Under the pieces are notes generated by a model. The model had not been told where the DNA came from. It saw only the letters and a program-made list of their open reading frames with translations, and ran no database searches. A stretch of 64,000 bases of DNA from NCBI RefSeq assembly GCF_009914755.1, contig NC_060937.1. One strand, written 5' to 3'. A program made the position numbers and the translations under genes. Every line of letters begins with the position of its first letter. Positions within the stretch are counted from its first letter, which is position 1. Origin of the DNA: the human T2T-CHM13v2.0 reference genome, Homo sapiens. Positions 62,056 through 64,000 of this stretch are shown in pieces.

Positions 62056-64000
62056 TCTGGCTTGGTCTTTTATTCATTACATTTTCTCTTTTATAAGCAT
62101 CAGTATTGTTCTTTCCTGGATTTCTAATAATCATGTCATGGTTTTCAGTGACTTGTGGAGAAACTGAGAACCAGTTCTCCGAATCTTGTCCACAATTACT
62201 TGGCATAGTAGTATTCAACAGAGCTATGGTAGTTTGCAGGACTGGAAGGAAATAGTAATATGATCATATTTTGTTCTTTTAGGCCACCTACAGAAATATT
62301 TTGTGTTATAGAGAGGATTTAACTTCTTTATTTGAAACCTTAGATCCCTTGAATGGGATATGATGTTTTATGCCATATGTTTCTGTAATAGTCTTTAAAT
62401 TCTTGTTGTCAAATGTATTTCCAATAACTCTGGCTCCTGAGAGAAACTACTCTATTTTTCTGCTTTTCTTTGGCCTCTAGAATGCTAGAAACTGCATTTT
62501 GGTTATTCCTGTAATTTGTGGCCCTTTAAAATACTAATTGTCTTTTGCTTTTCAAGAAAACTCAAAATCATGTAAATGAGAGCTATTTCCTTTGACTCCT
62601 TAAATCTGGAGTGGGCAAGCCCACTGGTCAGAGTAGGATTCCTGACAATATCCCCTGTCTACACTATAGCCCAGGTTGCCATATACACAGTGGAGTTGTA
62701 AAGATCCTGTTTTCTGTTCAGCTAGAGTTCTTGCTGCTGAACTAGGTGGATTTTACTCAGTTTTAACATAATCTGCAGATTGCATAGCACAATCTACAAT
62801 TTTGTGCTACATTTTGTGGAAAATTTAGATGACTAAATGTTTTTCATTTTGAAGGACTTAGAAAAGGCAGTGTGGAGCTGTTAAGAGCTCAGATGCTAGA
62901 GAAAGCCAAACACTAGCTCTGCCACTTACAAGCCAAGCGGTCCTAGGAAAAGTGCGCTTCACTTTTTTTATTTGCATAAAGGACATATTACTAGCAATCT
63001 CAAAACTGTAGCTAGGATTCATTGAAATAATGCACACAAAGCCCTTGACTTGGTCTGGTGCACACTAAACCCTCATTGTTACCTGAAAGAAGAAAAGTGG
63101 TAACAAAGTACACTTGGATTTCATAACTACAAAGTCTCTTCCCTTCTAGGATCCTCCAAGGGGGTTCCATAAAATCAAGTATGAAATAGTCTTTAATGGA
63201 AGGGCTAATATGGTCTGGTTAGAGTCCATGAAGACTTCTGGATTCTTGTTGCTCTTGTAAGGTTAATTTGGATTATACTATTGTGTTGAAGGACATAATT
63301 GGGAGCCAGGGGAAGATGCTTTTGTCTCTCTTCAGAGTATAGTTCTGTCTTCCACCCATTCTGAGAATCTAATGTAACTCTGAAGATGATAGCAGGGCAC
63401 TTGTCTGGTTTTTGTTTAAGTTTTTCTACCACAAAATCTCAAGTTCCGGTAACCTGAAGGGCTAGTCTTTCCTTTGTCTGGTTTGGTGGTTGCTAGAATA
63501 GAGTCTACCTGCTAACGTTTTATTTCAGAAATATTTTGTACAAAGCTTCCTTCATCTGCTATTGTAATGTTCTTGTTAACATGCAACAGTTTGCTAAGGG
63601 ATCTCTGGCTTTGGTCCTGGCAGTCTGGAGGCAATGAAATACGTACTGCCAGGTATGTATCATAGAACATTTCCATACAACTGAGCAGAAAGGCAGACTC
63701 TCATGTAGAATCAAATGAAATAATAAAAAAATCCTGTAAATCTCAAAGATCCCATCAAAATTCTTGGATGGAATTACTTAGACCTGGCGAATAGAAATAC
63801 AGCAGCATTTTCAATGATTTAAAAAAATCTCATTGAAAATACTGGTGACAGCAAAGCAAATTAAAAGTTTAATATCATTTTGATTATATAGTATTTTTAT
63901 AAAAAGTCTTAGTCCTTTCGCATAATTGATATGGTGAAAGAAATTTTGGTTATATGCTCAAATGTGAGAAGAGCTTGGTTTAACCACAAGATCCATTATT

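Overview
Primate (very likely human) genomic DNA, dominated by Alu, L1, LTR/ERV and DNA-transposon relics. Only one complete protein-coding gene is present: the intronless casein kinase 1 alpha retrogene CSNK1A1L on the minus strand (CDS 53425-54438, 337 aa). It carries parental-looking 5'UTR and about 2.4 kb of 3'UTR. At the left end are a CpG-island promoter (about 8500-9070), a non-coding first exon and a 96-bp second exon ending in ATG|GTAAGC, all on the minus strand; from recalled 13q13.3 synteny with CSNK1A1L this is probably the 5' end of SUPT20H. Nearly all other ORFs in the track are by-products of repeats. I found no convincing novel multi-gene system. The most interesting observations are small-scale: (1) a perfect 42-bp inverted copy of sequence 4.2 kb away that replaces an Alu B-box; (2) an Alu plus 58 bp of flank duplicated about 36 kb apart; (3) three upstream ATGs in the start-codon exon, including a TAATG stop-start overlap; (4) substitutions in CSNK1A1L clustered at the cereblon degron loop, activation segment and C-tail. 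Repeat family names and parental-protein comparisons rely on recalled consensus sequences, and most repeat boundaries are approximate.
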